DNA of 20,169 nt from a virus (Duplodnaviria; Heunggongvirae; Uroviricota; Caudoviricetes): the IMG/VR virus record IMGVR_UViG_2879759574_000001; one strand, 5' to 3'. The translations under genes were made by a program, and so were the position numbers. Shown here piece by piece: positions 18,886-20,169 of the stretch (positions are counted from its first letter, which is position 1; each line of letters starts with the position of its first letter). A model generated the notes under the pieces. The model saw only the letters and a program-made list of their open reading frames with translations. It ran no database searches and was not told the origin of the DNA.

Positions 18886-19455
18886 ATGAGGCTAATCGTG
18901 GGTAAGCATCACTGGAAAATAGAAAAACAGCCTGAGTGGTACGTGAAAGCTGTCAGAAAAACTATCGCAAAGTTGCCGGGTGGTTACGCTGAAGCGGCTG
19001 ACTGGCTCGATGTAACAGAAAACGCTTTATTCAACCGCCTTCGTGCAGATGGCGATCAGATTTTCCCGCTGGGATGGGCAATGGTTTTACAGCGTGCTGG
19101 TGGCACTCACTTCATTGCTGATGCTGTGGCGCAGTCTGCAAATGGCGTCTTTGTGTCTCTTCCTGACATCGAGGATGTGGACAACGCCGATATTAACCAG
19201 CGTCTGCTGGAAGTCATTGAACAGATCGGCAGTTATTCAAAACAGATTCGTTCAGCAATCGAAGACGGTGTAGTGGAACCGCATGAGAAGACAGCAATTA
19301 ACGACGAGCTGTATCTCTCAATTTCGAAGCTGCAGGAGCATGCAGCACTTGTCTACAAAATTTTTTGCATTTCAGAAAGTAATGACGCCCGCGAGTGTGC
19401 AGCTCCGGGCGTCGTGGCGTCGATTGCTTCTGGTTGTGGAGAAACTAACGCATGA
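18886..19455 (+). CDS. CII-like/early regulatory protein (tentative)
   Basis: Position right after cro; 189-aa ORF; start uncertain (ATG 18886 has a poor RBS, GTG 18898 has GAGG upstream); family assignment is from weak recollection only. Confidence 0.3.
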   Translation: MRLIVGKHHWKIEKQPEWYVKAVRKTIAKLPGGYAEAADWLDVTENALFNRLRADGDQIFPLGWAMVLQRAGGTHFIADAVAQSANGVFVSLPDIEDVDNADINQRLLEVIEQIGSYSKQIRSAIEDGVVEPHEKTAINDELYLSISKLQEHAALVYKIFCISESNDARECAAPGVVASIASGCGETNA

Positions 19456-19790
19456 ACAGTTTAACAACACACTACCGTCGCTCGCAACTGATTGCGCTTT
19501 CTGTACCGGGTGGAAAAGCGAAGGTGGAATATTGCTATGCAGTGAATGTACCAGGTGACAGGGAAATTGTAACCCACAGCTTTGCAGAGTGGGCTGTGGG
19601 TGATTTCAACCGGCAGAAGGAGACAGTCCTTTGCGACAAGTTAACCGCTGGTTCAAAGATCACTACGGAGTGCCCGTCAGAGTCATTCGTTGGGAGCCGG
19701 AAACACAACGGGTTATCTACCTCCGCGGAGGTTATGAGCATGAATGCTTCAGTCCGCTCGAACAGTTTCGTCGTAAATTCAGGGAAATAG
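19452..19790 (+). CDS. hypothetical protein; likely frameshifted, with an alternative frame open to the IS911 junction
   Basis: Annotated frame ends [32 protein letters not shown]; the -1 frame reads [53 protein letters not shown] and looks more protein-like. Confidence 0.3.
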   Translation: MNSLTTHYRRSQLIALSVPGGKAKVEYCYAVNVPGDREIVTHSFAEWAVGDFNRQKETVLCDKLTAGSKITTECPSESFVGSRKHNGLSTSAEVMSMNASVRSNSFVVNSGK

Positions 19791-19794
19791 AGGT

Positions 19795-20169
<375 letters not shown>

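Overview
This window reads as a heavily IS-rearranged, defective lambdoid prophage abutting a truncated hyi-like gene. No database search or tool was run: all calls rest on reading the sequence and the ORF translations, and family names come from my recall of conserved motifs. Layout, left to right: (1) hyi 5' fragment (1-105) cut by a complete IS1 (106-873). (2) A minus-strand early/nin-like operon (1012-6006): Q-like antiterminator with its own pR'-like promoter and terminator, DUF968/YdfU-like, KilA-N/Roi-like, RusA, a LexA-DNA-binding-domain-only protein, Dam-family methyltransferase, a PerC-motif YfdN-like protein, and the 3' part of a replication gene. (3) IS66-family copy 1 (6007-8445, minus). 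(4) A 5.4-kb segment (8446-13860) carrying an RHH-like gene, a striking 3+3 iteron array, a PerC-like gene, a pRiA4b-ORF3-like gene, a truncated integrase, an IS407-like transposase fragment, an IS911-like element, and the 5' part of the same replication gene. (5) IS66-family copy 2 (13861-16300, plus). (6) An AT-rich immunity region (16301-19790): a gene stub, a single-TM 201-aa 'moron', CI-like repressor, Cro-like, CII-like and one more ORF, then a second IS911-like copy running off the window. The replication gene halves rejoin perfectly in frame across an 8-bp duplication (AAAAAAGC) found at the two IS66 copies, which indicates an IS66-mediated inversion. A 3-bp GGT duplication split between the two IS911 copies indicates a second IS911-mediated rearrangement. 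The most promising candidates for something undescribed are the AT-rich membrane-anchored gene beside cI, the iteron-controlled RHH/PerC-like module, and the LexA-domain-only protein. No tRNA, rRNA or CRISPR array was seen.
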